Origin: Trichosphaerium sp. ATCC 40318
Lineage: Eukaryota; Protista; Tubulinea
Assembly (NCBI GenBank): GCA_038496445.1
Contig: JALMLS010000504.1
Span: 124,001-188,000, forward strand
Direction of reading: 5' to 3'
DNA: 64,000 nt
The number at the start of each line of letters is the position of its first letter. The first letter of the stretch is position 1. Of the stretch, positions 25,851-38,829 are shown piece after piece. The notes beneath the pieces are model-generated. The model searched no databases, was not told the DNA's origin, and worked only from the letters and a program-made list of their open reading frames with translations. The position numbers were made by a program, and so were the translations under genes.

Positions 25851-26342
25851 TGTACATAGTTATGATTGATTTCAACCTTACATAGAACATATCACGTGAC
25901 CTTTCAGATGAAATGTAGTCATAGTATGTATTTTATTTCACATAGATTTTCAGAGGTAACGTACCTCCATCAGGGAACAATGTGCAAGGTTAATAGTATG
26001 AACTCCTGCAAATAACTTGACAATATCATCCTTCCAAAGAGCATCTTCGGTTTTAATGCTTGTGTGCCGGAGAGTACTTGAATGTTTTAACACTGCTTTT
26101 GCTTGTGAGGCGTTTGAAATACAAACTGTACCGTATCCAATAATATCGTGAATGACAGAAGCAAGGCTATGGCATGTTTGACAGGCTGCAAATCGTGCTT
26201 TAGTTGTGTACTGTAAAATATGGCTTAAAATCTCTGTAGGAAGGTCTAGAATGCCTTTTCCCGTACTATCATGTGGTTAGATTAGGTTTATAGATTAATT
26301 TACATACATTTGATCTTTGGCGGTTAGTTCCTTTTGAAACAT
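25850..26342 (-). pseudogene. Divergent F-box-LRR family member (copy 5) truncated by the LINE
   Basis: Not in the ORF track: MFQKELTAKDQ|ITGKGILDLPTEILSHILQYTTKARFAACQTCHSLASVIHDIIGY...KLFAGVHTINL, homologous to LPNEILGVILCFTTKARYSAAQSCHRLA..VHDVIGY. Confidence 0.8.
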
Positions 26343-26706
26343 TGAAAAGAGGCGAAATATTGAGTGATAAAGAAATGTAAGGGCACAAGAATTGAAGAAG
26401 ACCTTTTTCAGATTTTAATTGTGGTGGGTCAGTTAAACCTGGGACATTTTATTACGGACTAATAATTTGTTACAATTCAATTACAGGTACAGTTCTTACA
26501 GCAACAACAAAAGGATTTAAGTGATTGCAGGCGCCTAGAAAACGCAATATTTGCTCTCGTCCAACCCTACTTGTTCGCGGACTTGGCGCACAGCATAGTT
26601 TTTACGATTAAGACAGTTTTTTCCATGTTAAGTCAATATTGAATAAAATAACTCAAAAATAAAAACGTACCATCACTGCAATATCAGAATAACTACCTCA
26701 CAAACA

Positions 26707-27915
26707 ATGAGCAAACCAGTACTTCACCCGAATTCACCATTATTCTCAAACAACGAACAAACTACAAACAACCAATACCAACAACAGTACAGCAATGCTC
26801 CACCAGTTATCCCACCACGTCAGTACGCTCCGCAACCTCAACAACAAGGGAATCCTTATCCAGCGACGCCTCAACCAGTTTACACCCAACAAATGCCATA
26901 CACGCCTAATACAGTACCCGTTGAGGCTGTAGAACCCCTAGACGTGCCCAGGACAAAAGACAGAGGTAATCACCCGGAGAAATTAGTTGAACGGTTTTTT
27001 ACAACCAACACGTATTTTGGTTGGGTTTCCTACAATTCCCAAAAGGCGTTGAGCACTTTTTGTAAAAAAACAACTACAGAAAAACGTTACTGAAAAATAC
27101 TCATTTTTATCACGTTTTTTGAACCGTTAATTTTATGATTGATTGTGTTATCTTCTTTTTTAACATATTGATTTAAGAATGGATACAAGAAACTCTTGAT
27201 GCAGCTGGGCTAGAGCATATTGTTGATGTTTTTACAACAAATGGAATTGTATTCTCAGACGTATTCATCAGCTTGACTGAAGGTGATTTGACGTATATTG
27301 GTATAACGCAACTTGGCGATAGAACTCGCATCATGGCGTTACAAAGAGAATTGATGAAAGACGCGAAACCAGGTATTAAGAAAAAAGGATTTAAAAAGAA
27401 GCCGAAGCTAAACCGAATTTCCTGTTTTCGGGGCTTTTTTCTTCGCTCATCACATCACGTGTTTGCAAAAAAATTATTAATTTTATATCTAGACAAGAAA
27501 AAACACCACGTGCGCCGATGGCTTAACCATAGTGAGAAGAATCCAATAAACTTGAGATCAGTTGATGAATGGCTTGCTTTTGTAGGCCTACCAGAATACA
27601 AACAACACTTCGCAACAGCCAGTACGTATTAGGTTTAATCTGCTGCATTTGTTTAATGAAAGTATAGGGATCACAACTAGTGGCCAACTTGCACTTCTTA
27701 CAGACAAGGACCTGCTGGACATTGGTGTCTATAAATTTGGACATCATCGCAAACTACATCTAGAGATTAACAAGCTTCCTGGTTCACCAGGCCATAATCA
27801 ACGGCAATCTACTAAAAACAGGAAAAAGAAGAATAGAAACAGTAAGATTAAGCACTATGCTATATTCGCTGGCATCTTGGCAGCTATCTCTGTTTTTGTA
27901 AATATTCTATTTTAA
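26707..27915 (+). CDS. Pro/Gln-rich protein with two SAM domains and a C-terminal TM anchor
   Basis: SAM motifs LTEGDLTYIGITQLGDRTRI and SVDEWLAFVGLPEYKQHF...LTDKDLLDIGVYKFGHHRKL; basic stretch then hydrophobic tail. Confidence 0.8.
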
Positions 27916-28204
27916 CAAGAAGGCACAAGTTAAGATTTGCTCTTCTTTTTTTCCGATGCCACTTTTTATGATCAGGCTGTAATGTAGTCAAGAAATATTT
28001 CTTACACCTCTTCCTTTGTTATTTATATTTTACTTTATTTGTTTTTTCAATGCCAAGCAGCAAGTTTACCCAAATTTGCCGGTAAGACTTTTTACACGTT
28101 GTTTTTTTTGTTGGTTTTTTTTATCAAATGACTCCATCACAAATATTCAACTCAACAAGATTGTTGCGATTGATTTCTTTTGAAGACATTCATCAGTTCA
28201 GGAT

Positions 28205-31200
28205 TTAAACGCCTGGAGGAAAGTTTACAACATTCTTATCTTCTACAGGAGCGCCATTAGATTTATAAGCCAATCGAATCATGATAATCACAGGTTGCTG
28301 TTTGAAAAAAAAAGTTAGTAAAAAAAAACACGTGTTTGATTCGTACAGCGCCATGTTGAGAATTGACAATTTTGATTTGTTGCATAATCTTGCCAGTGTG
28401 AACAGGTGCCAATTCAGTACCAGAAGCAGGTTCTAACTTGATCTTGAGGTAAGTAGGTACAGCAGCTTGTAACTGAAAGTCTGTAATCCTGTTTGCTGAA
28501 GAGTTTGTATAAGTCGCATTCACAAGTGTCAAGTGCATCTGTGTTGGTTGTTTCACAACAGAAAAATTGATTACAATCCCTATACGATTAAGAAATTAGT
28601 CGTGGCTCTTGAACCAAAAAAAAAAAGTATTCACTCGAGATTGACTCTGTCACGTACCATTCTTGTCATAAGCAACAAATTGAATAGGAGCTGGTGCCGC
28701 TACCATTCCTGGGTGCATACCTGCAACTGGCATACCGCCAGCAACTGGCATGCCTCCCGTGACAGGCATACCGCCTGTAACTGGCATACCTCCTGCAACA
28801 GGCATACCAGGCATCATACCAGGTGTGCCTACAGCAGGTGCAGGTGTGGCGTGCAAGGACATGATTTGATCGATTACAGATGGTTTACTTTCTGGCTGTC
28901 CAGGTGTTGGAGCAGCTCCACCAACAACAGGTGCAACACCGTTACCTTGAGAGGAAACGTTAGCACAAAAAATAAAGAAACAAGTTCCAACAAAAGAAAG
29001 AAAAAAAAACATACCAGTAGGAGGAGGAGCTCCTGTGTTTCCAAACAAAGTTTCTAAAATAGCATTTGGATTGCCAGCTGGAGCAGCAGTACCGTTTGAA
29101 GAGTCACCACCCATACCGAAATCAATGAGCTAAGTAAAATTGTGAGCAAGCAAAGAACGCTTTTTTTTGGTTAAACAAAACGTACAGGCACGTCAGCAAC
29201 AGGTTCTGGTGCAGCAGGTGCGACTGCTGTAGCTGTAGCGGTTGTTGGTAGAGTAGTAACACGACCAGGTGTTGACGGCTCGGACGTCGTTGGTTCTGAT
29301 GATGTACCATAGTCTTCGCGTTCTGGGCGTACATATTCTCGTGGTGGAATCTTTTCGAAAATCTTCTGTGAAAAGGAGTTCCAGTCACCCAAGATCTTGA
29401 GGTACTCGCAAGCACGACTTTGTAATTCCAAATCAAAATCAGCCTTGTGATTCTCCAAAATGCCCTTTTATGCTTCAGTCAGTACCAAAGAATATTAGGA
29501 TAGAAGTGTTGACCGTACTCTGATTTGTGCTGTGACAGCTTGAGTAAATTTAATTGAGAGTTTGGATAGAGCATTGAGGGAGTATGTTCGTGTCACTTGT
29601 GTGGTTGTTGGGAAAGTGAGGATGCGTGCCAAGAGGTCAATAACATCCTTCTCAGTAACAGTGACTGAATTATCGCCTTCTACAACTTGTGAAAGCAATT
29701 CACCAAATTCACCAATACACCATACACCAACTTGGACCATGGATTGCTAAATAACACATAAGCAACAACTTCAAATAACGTAAAAAAAAAAAAAAAAGGA
29801 AAAAGAGTAAAAATAAAAAAGATTGACATGCAGATGGTGACCGTGCGAACATGCTTATGTATTGTGGTGTGGATGATGTCGCATAGTTACTGCTGTACCC
29901 TGCGATTGTCTACACCCATTCAAAAATACAAAATAAATACATATAGAGCAACATAATAAATAAATAGCATGCAGACAGCCCAAATGCTTTGAACTAGAGT
30001 GATCATCTGAACACACTCCCAGATGATCACAATAGCCACATGCGGTAAAATTAATATGTAACGTAAGTGTACCTGAGTGATATCATTTGTTAGAATGAGA
30101 TACATTTTGTGAACAGCATAAGCTTGTAATTCAGGTGTTGAAGATATTAGCGCAATGAGGTTAGAACAGACTTCATCTGGGACATGATTTCCGGACTACA
30201 AACACAAAATCAGTACATCAACGTTCACACACGGGAAAATGACGTACAACTGCCATAACACGAAGGATTGTATCAACATGCCAACGTTTAGCTGGAGCAA
30301 ATTTTTCTGTAACATAACAGAGCTTAGCGGTCAAGTCCGCCCTGAATTCAACATCTGCGACCATCAAGAAATTTAACAATTCCCGTACAAGCACACGGAC
30401 ATTGTTTGTATTCACAAGAGAGTAAATGAGCTCTAAGGCACGTCTACGAATAGATATATCATCATCCTGTCTAAATGTGAGCAACTGAATTGAAGAAAAG
30501 AAAAGAAGAAAAAAAGAGGACATTTGAACATACCTTCAAACAATCAACAACTGTATTACGATGACGCTGTACTGCCTTTGGCTCAACAGAAACGACCTTG
30601 CATAGTGTATTGAGAGCAACATAACTAGTACAATGTCAGTAAAGGTTTCACAATGCTATATCTATGCACTTACCGGATGTTGTTATCCCTGTTTGATAAG
30701 AACCTACCAAGGATATTCACAGCCAAAACACGAAGGCCATTTTCGGACTCAATGGACATGATAGTATTGACACACTCATAAAGGATAGCGTTACCAACAT
30801 TACGCATATTGTCAGTGTTTGTGGCAACTTGAGCGAGAATATCGTTCATGAGCTCGCTGGCTTCAGCATCACCTTTACCAAGAATACGCAAACAATGCAA
30901 TACTTTGACTTGTATGAACGGATCAGTAACACCATTCACATCATATTCAGGTGCAAATCCAGACTGGGTTAGATGACGAAGGATGCGAACGAGTTGTGGG
31001 ACAAGCTAGAAAAAAAAAAGCGGTTAACGACAATCAAATAAAAACAAAAAAAAAAAGAAATACAAGTGACCAAGTTAAAAACCTTACTTTTTTGAACTTA
31101 GAGATAAACTCTCCATCGTTGATGCGACATAATTCGATGAGAAGGCTCAATGCAGTTACCAATACACCTAAGAGAGTCAATGAGATAAATTACGAGTTGA

Positions 31201-32097
31201 TAAAAGAGGTACATTTTCAAATAAAAAATAAATAAATTCAACTTTCAACGCGTTCCAAAAACCCCAAAAAAATCGTGACACGCTATTTTAAATAGCTTAT
31301 AACCCATAGTTACGTGTTTTTAGCGTACCGTGATTTTTTTCGCTCAAAAGACTCTTCATACGCGAAATAAAGTTCTCTGTAAGGTCAGGAGCCTTTCTTA
31401 TAATACGTAGGGCACATAGTGCTGCCTGAGGGAATAAATTAATTTTAAAAAAATCCCTTGCGTGTCACAGGATAACAAGAGACTGTACCTTTTTCCTGAT
31501 GTAAGGGTTGGTGTGTTTGAGTAGTTTTTCAATTTCAGGAGCAGTATCTCTGGCAATACTTGGAGAGGCAATGTTTCCCAATGCACACAAAGCGAGACCA
31601 ACAATGTATTGGTTTGCGTGAGTTAGGTCGCTAGATAGTGAAGGAAAATAGCGTTTAAAAATATAAAAGCGTCGCAATGGCTTCCCTAGGCGCGCGAAAT
31701 GGCGACAAAAAGTGTTTTAAGCAAAAGTTTTCGCTGATCAGCGTATAACCGCCAAAGGCGTCAAAAACATCATGAGAGGATACGATTTTAGTGAGTTAGT
31801 GACGAGCATGAGTACTTCTTGGTTTTCGTCCAGTAGAACCATCAGACCAAGATATCCGATCCTTTTGTCTGCGTACGACGGTTTTACGATCAATTTGAGG
31901 CATTCCATTTGTCCAAACGACGTAGGATAACTGAGCATGTGAAAATAGAGTAGTTTGGCGACATTTCGAGTGCGGTCTTGTTGGTTGTCTTGTCTAATAC
32001 CTCCCCTAATTTGCGCAAGCTCTTTTGTAATCAAATCACGCTCTTCCGCAGCAGTTTTGCAAGCTCTGACGGCCTTGATGAGATCCCGCAAACGCAT
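28205..32097 (-). CDS. AP1G1: AP-1 complex gamma adaptin
   Basis: [77 protein letters not shown], and ear domain DFQLQAAVP. Confidence 0.97.
29860..30045 (-). ncRNA. Candidate structured intronic RNA(s) in the 326-nt AP1G intron
   Basis: Perfect 11-bp stem 29999-30009/30020-30030; second bulged hairpin ~29865-29916 followed by ACAATA on the sense strand. Confidence 0.35.
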
Positions 32098-32475
32098 ACT
32101 TGTTAGAAGCTCTTTAAGACTATTTGACGTTTAACAAACTGTAAACGTCTCACTAAAAAGAACTGTTTTGACTGGCGCACTGACAGCCGCGTACATAGGC
32201 CTAACTAAGCGCTCTGTGCTGTAAACGTGTGCTGGGACCATTTAACGGTGCCCACGTGCGTATTGCAACAAATTAGTAAACCGACTTGTTGCTAATGATT
32301 GAACTACCTCTAGCGCATTACCAATACAATCATAGTCGACGAGACGCCAGAAAGGACGCTTTTACTGCTAAAGACTTTTTTTGCTTTTTCTATCTCCACT
32401 TAGCAATTTCATTCAATTATACCATTGGGCACAACAACGCAGTTGTCCGTTGGCAATGACAGTAACTGACCGTTG

Positions 32476-35400
32476 ATGACAGAGTACAATGAAAAAAGAG
32501 GAAGCTACGATGCCAATAACGATAAGCCGTGTGTTATTTGGACAGTAAGCAAGCTGAAATTGGTGTAAACGCCTACCAGCAGTTACTTACCTAAAATTCT
32601 AGCACCAATCGTACAGAAACGGTGGACATGATAAAACAACGAAAGCCTTGAGGAAAATTGGATGGGAAGTTTGTGTGTGCAATACAACCGCTGAATCTAT
32701 GCGCAAAATGAGGAACCACAAAGCGCAGGTACGCTAACGCCGAAAGATAGAGGAAAATCGCAGCTGTTTGTTAAACTTATAATAATCTTACAAACGGACG
32801 CAGGTGGTAATAACAGACATGTTACGAGTAGAACGGGTACGCATTAATTCGTTTATTCTATTTTGACGCAAAAATGGCTGTTCAATTGGTAACTCTATTC
32901 TCAGGGCTTTGTTAACCTCGTATTCGCTCCAAAAGCAGGTCTAGATTTACTAAAACGCGTCAGAAATGAAAACGGATCCATATGCTTGATTGTCTATTGT
33001 AAACAGCTCTCTCAAGCTACGATACAAGATTGCTTTGATTGCGTACATGATCAGTTTAATTTTTTTTTCTTCAATTCTGCCATCTTTTGAAGTTGACAAT
33101 TTTTTGACTACAGGGCGCTTCCATGGTCATTACAGAGGATGGACAACTGTTGTCATTTATGAGACACTTCTATACTTCACAATCATGGGTAAAAGACAAT
33201 GATACTGGTCGTATGAATTTATTACAGCGCATGTTTAAGTTACCAAGTACGAACGCCTACTTTTTTAAACCTCGCAAAAATGAGGTCAAATTCAGAAATA
33301 TCAGAATTTTCTCAAAATCCACGAAATTTCGTGTAGATACGTTGTATAATTCAACGTACTTATCTTCTTTCTCTAGATGAGATGGATTATCGTAGTAAGC
33401 CTGTTGATCCATCACATGCCGATTTTAAACGCATACAAGAGAGTATTGAAGGTAAGTTACCTTTTTTTTTTGTGGGCAAATAGAAGTTCAGGCAAAGAAT
33501 CGTCAATGTGTTGCTAACTCACTTTAGGAGGTATTGTTGCGGATCAAAAAGCTTCAATCGTATGTATAGATGCTATTACTAATAGTAAACAAAGACGACT
33601 GTTTCTTACTAGGCTGGCACAGCTGAAGGACTACCAAACTTTTAACCTTTTGTAAGGATTTAACTTTTTTTAGAGAATTTTCTATTTCGTTGACTCGACG
33701 TCTGACGCTATGTAGGTATGCTCCAATTGTACATAGTGATATAGTACGACAAGAAATAATAACGAAGGGCATAAAAGCACCTGTGCGTCGCCACAAGAAA
33801 CAAGAGAGAGTGACCCCTGTTGGCATGTATTTCGCAACAAAGCCAATCGCAGCATTAAAGTCTGAAAAATGGGCTTCAGGGAGTTTTGTATCTCTTCTCG
33901 TTTTTACAGTGGCTACTGGATTACATGTACCGCTGGACCAGGTTACCACACTATCATCCAGCAACGTGTTGCACACTTATGATTCAGTGTTCATCGAAGG
34001 TACGAGCTGAAATCACTTGCATTAATGCTGATGGTGTATAGGTGGAAGGAGCACATCTAAAGCGATGTATGATGAATACATCATATTTCATCCGCGACAA
34101 GCTATCCCTGTACGTATTCTATAGAAGAGTGGTGATTCTAAAACATGTATTTCAGGCTTACTTGGTGACTGTTGAATTGACGGATATAGAAACTTTGAGT
34201 TCACACAGTCGACAAACGTCTTCTAGTGGTCTACAAGTCTCTGTAGATGGTGATGCAACACCTTTACCAGCTCTAAATTGGGCCGAACTGTCAGTAGATG
34301 AGTCTGCCAAGCTTGGAACAGGCGCTTTTGTAAGTTACCGCATACGTGGTATTGTATCTCACTTTTTGGGTGATCTAGGGTTCAGTTTACAAAGGATCCT
34401 GGCGAGGTGTAGTAGTTGCTGTAAAGAAACTTCATGGCGTGTCTGCAGACGCGATAGAATTGCTAAAACTTGAGTCATCTTTGATGCAGTACGTACATGT
34501 TTTTTTTTGACCTATAAAATCTAACACTATCGTAAAGCAAACTTGGAAACCACCCGCATATTATTCGGCTGTGTGGAATCTGTTATGAACCGCTTGCTAT
34601 AGTGACGCCATTCTATCCTAAAGGATCAGTTTCGGATTTATTGCTTGTACATAAGTCTGATATTGCGTGGGAGAGGCTTGTTCAGATTGCTGCCAATGCT
34701 GCAGCAGGTGTTCTTCACCTTCATCTTGAGAAGGTTGTACATCGTGATATCGCCGGTAGAAACGTACGTAGATACACGGAGTATCGATCTTCTAGAAAGT
34801 AATCGTTTCTTTTGCTAGGTTCTCGTCAACAACGACTGGCATGGTATTGTTTGCGATTTTGGACTTGCTACAGTCATGACAGGTAATGTCTTGTTTTTAT
34901 GTTGGTGTCTGACTCACCGGTTATTAGGAGACTATGTGCGTACATCTGGACCATCCCCTATAAAGTGGATGGCACCCGAAGCTATTAGAGAAAAGAAGTT
35001 TAGTATGAAATCTGATTCTTACTCCTTTGGCATTTTTTTATGGGAGTTGGCACGTGATTTTTTTTTATTGTAAATGTTATTCAGTGTTTATTCTTACATT
35101 ATTCTTTTAAAAACGGTTTTTTTCTTACATTGCATGTTTAGGTAGCAAGATCTTCACCGTACCCTGGTTTAGAGGTTTATGAAATTCCATTCCGTGTTGT
35201 ACGTGAGAATTTACGTCCAGAGATACCGGAAGGATGTTGTCCTACATTCAAGGTATGTATCATTTTTTGATTTGTATATTTGCTGATGGTTAATGATTCA
35301 AGGAACTCATGATACAATGTTGGGACGCTGATCCAGAGAAACGACCCGATTTTAAACATATACACAGCACACTCAATAAATTAGCAATAAGTTTACGCAC

Positions 35401-35529
35401 CGAGGCGCCACGTACGTTTCTTGGATCTTCAAGGGATTTTTTATGTTTTTTTCTTATGAATTTATTGCAGCGGTCGCAACGTTTGACAAGCTTGTCACAA
35501 ATTCTTCAACAGACGCTTATTATGAGTGA
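32476..35529 (+). CDS. Receiver-like domain + PARP-like ADP-ribosyltransferase domain + tyrosine-kinase-like domain fusion
   Basis: Spliced: VVITDM...[10 protein letters not shown]...LIVY (REC-like); [33 protein letters not shown] (PARP-like); [29 protein letters not shown]. Confidence 0.75.
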
Positions 35530-35956
35530 TTGTTTATTCACGCTATATGCGCTAAATAATGGCGCTTGTACAGTTGTACATTATCACCAAATACCATTAA
35601 AGGAAAAAAATTTCAACCAAACTTGTAACATGTAGGCACAAAAAAAAAAAAATCAAGTTGAACTGGCAAAATAAATAAAACACTTCAACTTTTCTGAACA
35701 GAAACAAGCTTTTATTTCGCGTCCATTAATAACCAACACGTACTATATTGCTGGCAATCCATCTGCTGATTTGTACATACTGTGGTAAGGCACTTAGTCC
35801 AATTCTGCTTACAAGTGACAAAGGAAGAAGCAATCGCATTGTTAGAGAATATTGTGCACTAAAATTAGGACTGACTAGATTCCTAAAAATACGAGACTAG
35901 ACTTCCGATTTCCATGACATTTTCCAACTCTCATCGTCAAGTTCGAAGCTTCTCAT

Positions 35957-37800
35957 ATGACCACAGGAGTTACAATATTCGTTGTTATGGCTTGTATCAT
36001 AGCTTTATCATTCGGCTTTCCACCAGACTGCTCAAAACTGTCGTGTACGTAGCTAACACGTGAGTATGATGCTTATTTTTACGTTTTTAGTTGGAAGTAG
36101 CACCTACGATCTCTCTGCTTTGACAGTACGCGTTTAGGTTCTTTTCGGTTCTGTTTAACGTTTTACAAGGCTCTTGGTATTCAAGAAAGAGTGGGATATC
36201 CAAATCCATTATATCAATATCGATTTTTTGTATGCGGCAACCAAGGTCAGAATTGTGGAAAAGTTGAAAAAGGCACGTGCGATTAATCAATAGTTTTAAA
36301 GGTGTGACACAAACTTATTTAATACAGACAAGTGTGGTGTTTGTAGCGCATATGAGGGGAAGTGGAATATCACAGAATACACGTACTGCGAAGGACTCTA
36401 TACTGAACCCGAAACAGAGATAAAGGAATACCGAAATGGAGATGATGTCGGCATTTCTATTACCTTTGGATGTACATATTCTCATTAATACCCCAATAAT
36501 AAATATTATAGACGCTGCTGTAGAATCAAATGCAGAACTGCATCTTATATGTGATCCCAATTACAGTGGTACAGTACCATTAATTTCATAAACTTGTTAA
36601 ATATTCACTTTTTTTGTTAAGGATTCGACAATACATTTGTTAACAACATCATCCTCTGTCCAGTTGTACGAAACTTAAGCTATTACTGGAGGCAAGCATG
36701 ATTTTATAGCTCACGTTGTTGTTGTAGATTACAGTGAGAAACAAGGATGCTTGTCCTAGCGTTCAAGTACCATCGATAGCACCAAACCCACCATCTCAAT
36801 ATCCATTTCCACCAGATTGCTCTAATATTGTTTGTACGTTTGAAGAGCTCTAGTAACTTCATGGTTTAAATCCCTTAAACGTTTTTTTTTTATTGAACAG
36901 TTGCCAATCGTAAGTATGATCTATCCACGTTACAATCGCTTGGGTTACAAGAAACAAGAGGGTCTTCGTATTTTTACGAATACAGATGGTTTGTATGTGG
37001 AGATGAACCTCAAACATGTGGAACAGCAAGTACGGTTCCTTTTCCATTTTTTTTTGAGTGTAGTCAAAAAAAAATAACTTTATCTCTTCAGCGGACACGT
37101 GTGCTGTTTGTTCAGCATTTGAAGGGCGTTGGCATGATCCAAACTCTGTTATTTGTGAGGGAAAATACACAGAGCCTTCTGTTCAAATTTCAGAGCACTT
37201 GGGATCAGGTGTGACATTCACCTTTACTGGTGCGTACCATGAATAAACACTGTCTCATGATTTTCTATATGCCTTGCAATAGTAACTGTTTTTCAGGAGG
37301 TGACCTTGGTGATATTTCAGAAGTTACTCTTGCATGTGACCCTCGCTATTCAGATAAAGCGTTGATTATTTTTTAATACCAAAACTAGTAGATAGTTAAA
37401 TACTGTGTAGGTTTGGAAAAAGTAACCGTTGACAATTCGGATATTGAGAAACCAAGTGTATGTGTTTTTCCTCTTGATAACAACCATAATATTGACTTGT
37501 TTAGGTTTTTGTTCGTACAAGAGATGCATGTCCACAAACCTTGGAAGACAAAGAACTTAACAAAGTTGTCATTGTCTAAATAAAAAACAAATAATTTCAT
37601 CCAACCAAAAAAGGCATTGAAAATATGTTACCGTTTTCTTTCACGTGCACAAAAAAAAATAAACTAGCAATGGAGTAACAAACTGATTTTCAGGCAACTA
37701 ACAACAGTCAACTATTCCCATGTTCATTGGTGCAACATCAAGCACAGCTCTTATTGTTGTTATGATTTTGCTTACAGAAGAGTCTCTTCTTAACGAATAA
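35957..37800 (+). pseudogene. Type I membrane protein with two Cys-rich, probably MRH (mannose-6-phosphate receptor homology)-like repeats; apparently decaying
   Basis: Signal MTTGVTIFVVMACIIALSFG; two repeats FPPDCS..CT...C.VCSA.EG.W...CEG.YTEP...L.CDP.YSG...DACP; hydrophobic segment near the end. Frameshift at ~36630-36690; donor at 37354 is AT where the paralogue at ~954 has GT. Confidence 0.6.
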
Positions 37801-38829
37801 GGTACTATAGCGTGTCTACACTTAGGTACTATAAAGATGATAAGAATAACAATTACAACCTATCAACACAATAGATGAATGTACATTAACTTACCATGGC
37901 AAGAACAACAAATGTAACAACCAACACTATGACCGTTGTGTATTCCGTGTCTCCAAAACTGCTAGATTTCGAAGTAATGACGAACTCACTATAACAAGGA
38001 ACAGTGAGATTCGGTTGGGATAGTACAATAATATAACCACGTACGACGAAATAGTTTGTTCAAGCCTTGCCAAATCATATTCTGTTGATTTCACTAAGCC
38101 AAAATACCACAAACTTTTCTTGTGTCTTTTGATGAAAGCTTTTCGTTGAGACTACCTAACACCGCTTGTGAAGGCGCCAATGGCTGGTTATCAAGCCTCT
38201 AACCCCAAAGTCCATGGTAGGCAAACGAGAGCAAGATCAGATGTAAAGACCAAGAAGAAATGACAGAAACTTCTTTTTGGCAGTAAAAAATCTGCTAGTC
38301 TTTGTTGTTTGTATTGAACACAAAAATGATATTGGTGCTTTTAATAACCATAGACTACTTTGATTGGCGAATGCAAATATTGAGAAGGTACTGGGCTTTT
38401 AGACGTGGTTTATAGGCGTAGTACCCAGGAAGGATTTTTTAACATAACAAAACGCTGAAGAATAATGTTATTGGCTTGATTATGGCAAGAAGGAAATGCA
38501 AGTAATGGCACCTGCTGATAACGATGGCTCAATTAGTAGACAATAAATAAGTAGATACAAAATCAAATATACTAGTATTGAATTTAACAAAGCAAGCACC
38601 TCTTTTATCAGGAGATGACATTTCAGAAGTTGTTTTTGCATGTGATTTTTTGGAAAAGTATTGTTGTCTTTTGCTATGTTTGTGCAACATTGTTAAAATT
38701 TTTTAAGACTAGGCGGCCAAACCCAAGGAGGAAAAAACTGTTTACGCGATAACAAAAAAGTTTGTTTATTTCTTCTATTCTTTTATAATTCACTAAGACC
38801 TTAATCTTACATAACTAAAGTGATTCCCT

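Noticed and set aside
28700-28830. Tandem GGMPV(A/T) repeats
   Set aside because: Low-complexity hinge of gamma adaptin; ordinary coding repeat.
29965-30015. tRNA-Sec-like words (GATGATC, TTCAAA, GCTGTCT) in the AP1G intron
   Set aside because: No cloverleaf, acceptor stem or correct spacing could be built.
37860-38600. Possible gene between the MRH-like gene and LRR copy 3
   Set aside because: Could not build a consistent spliced ORF or recognise any motif.
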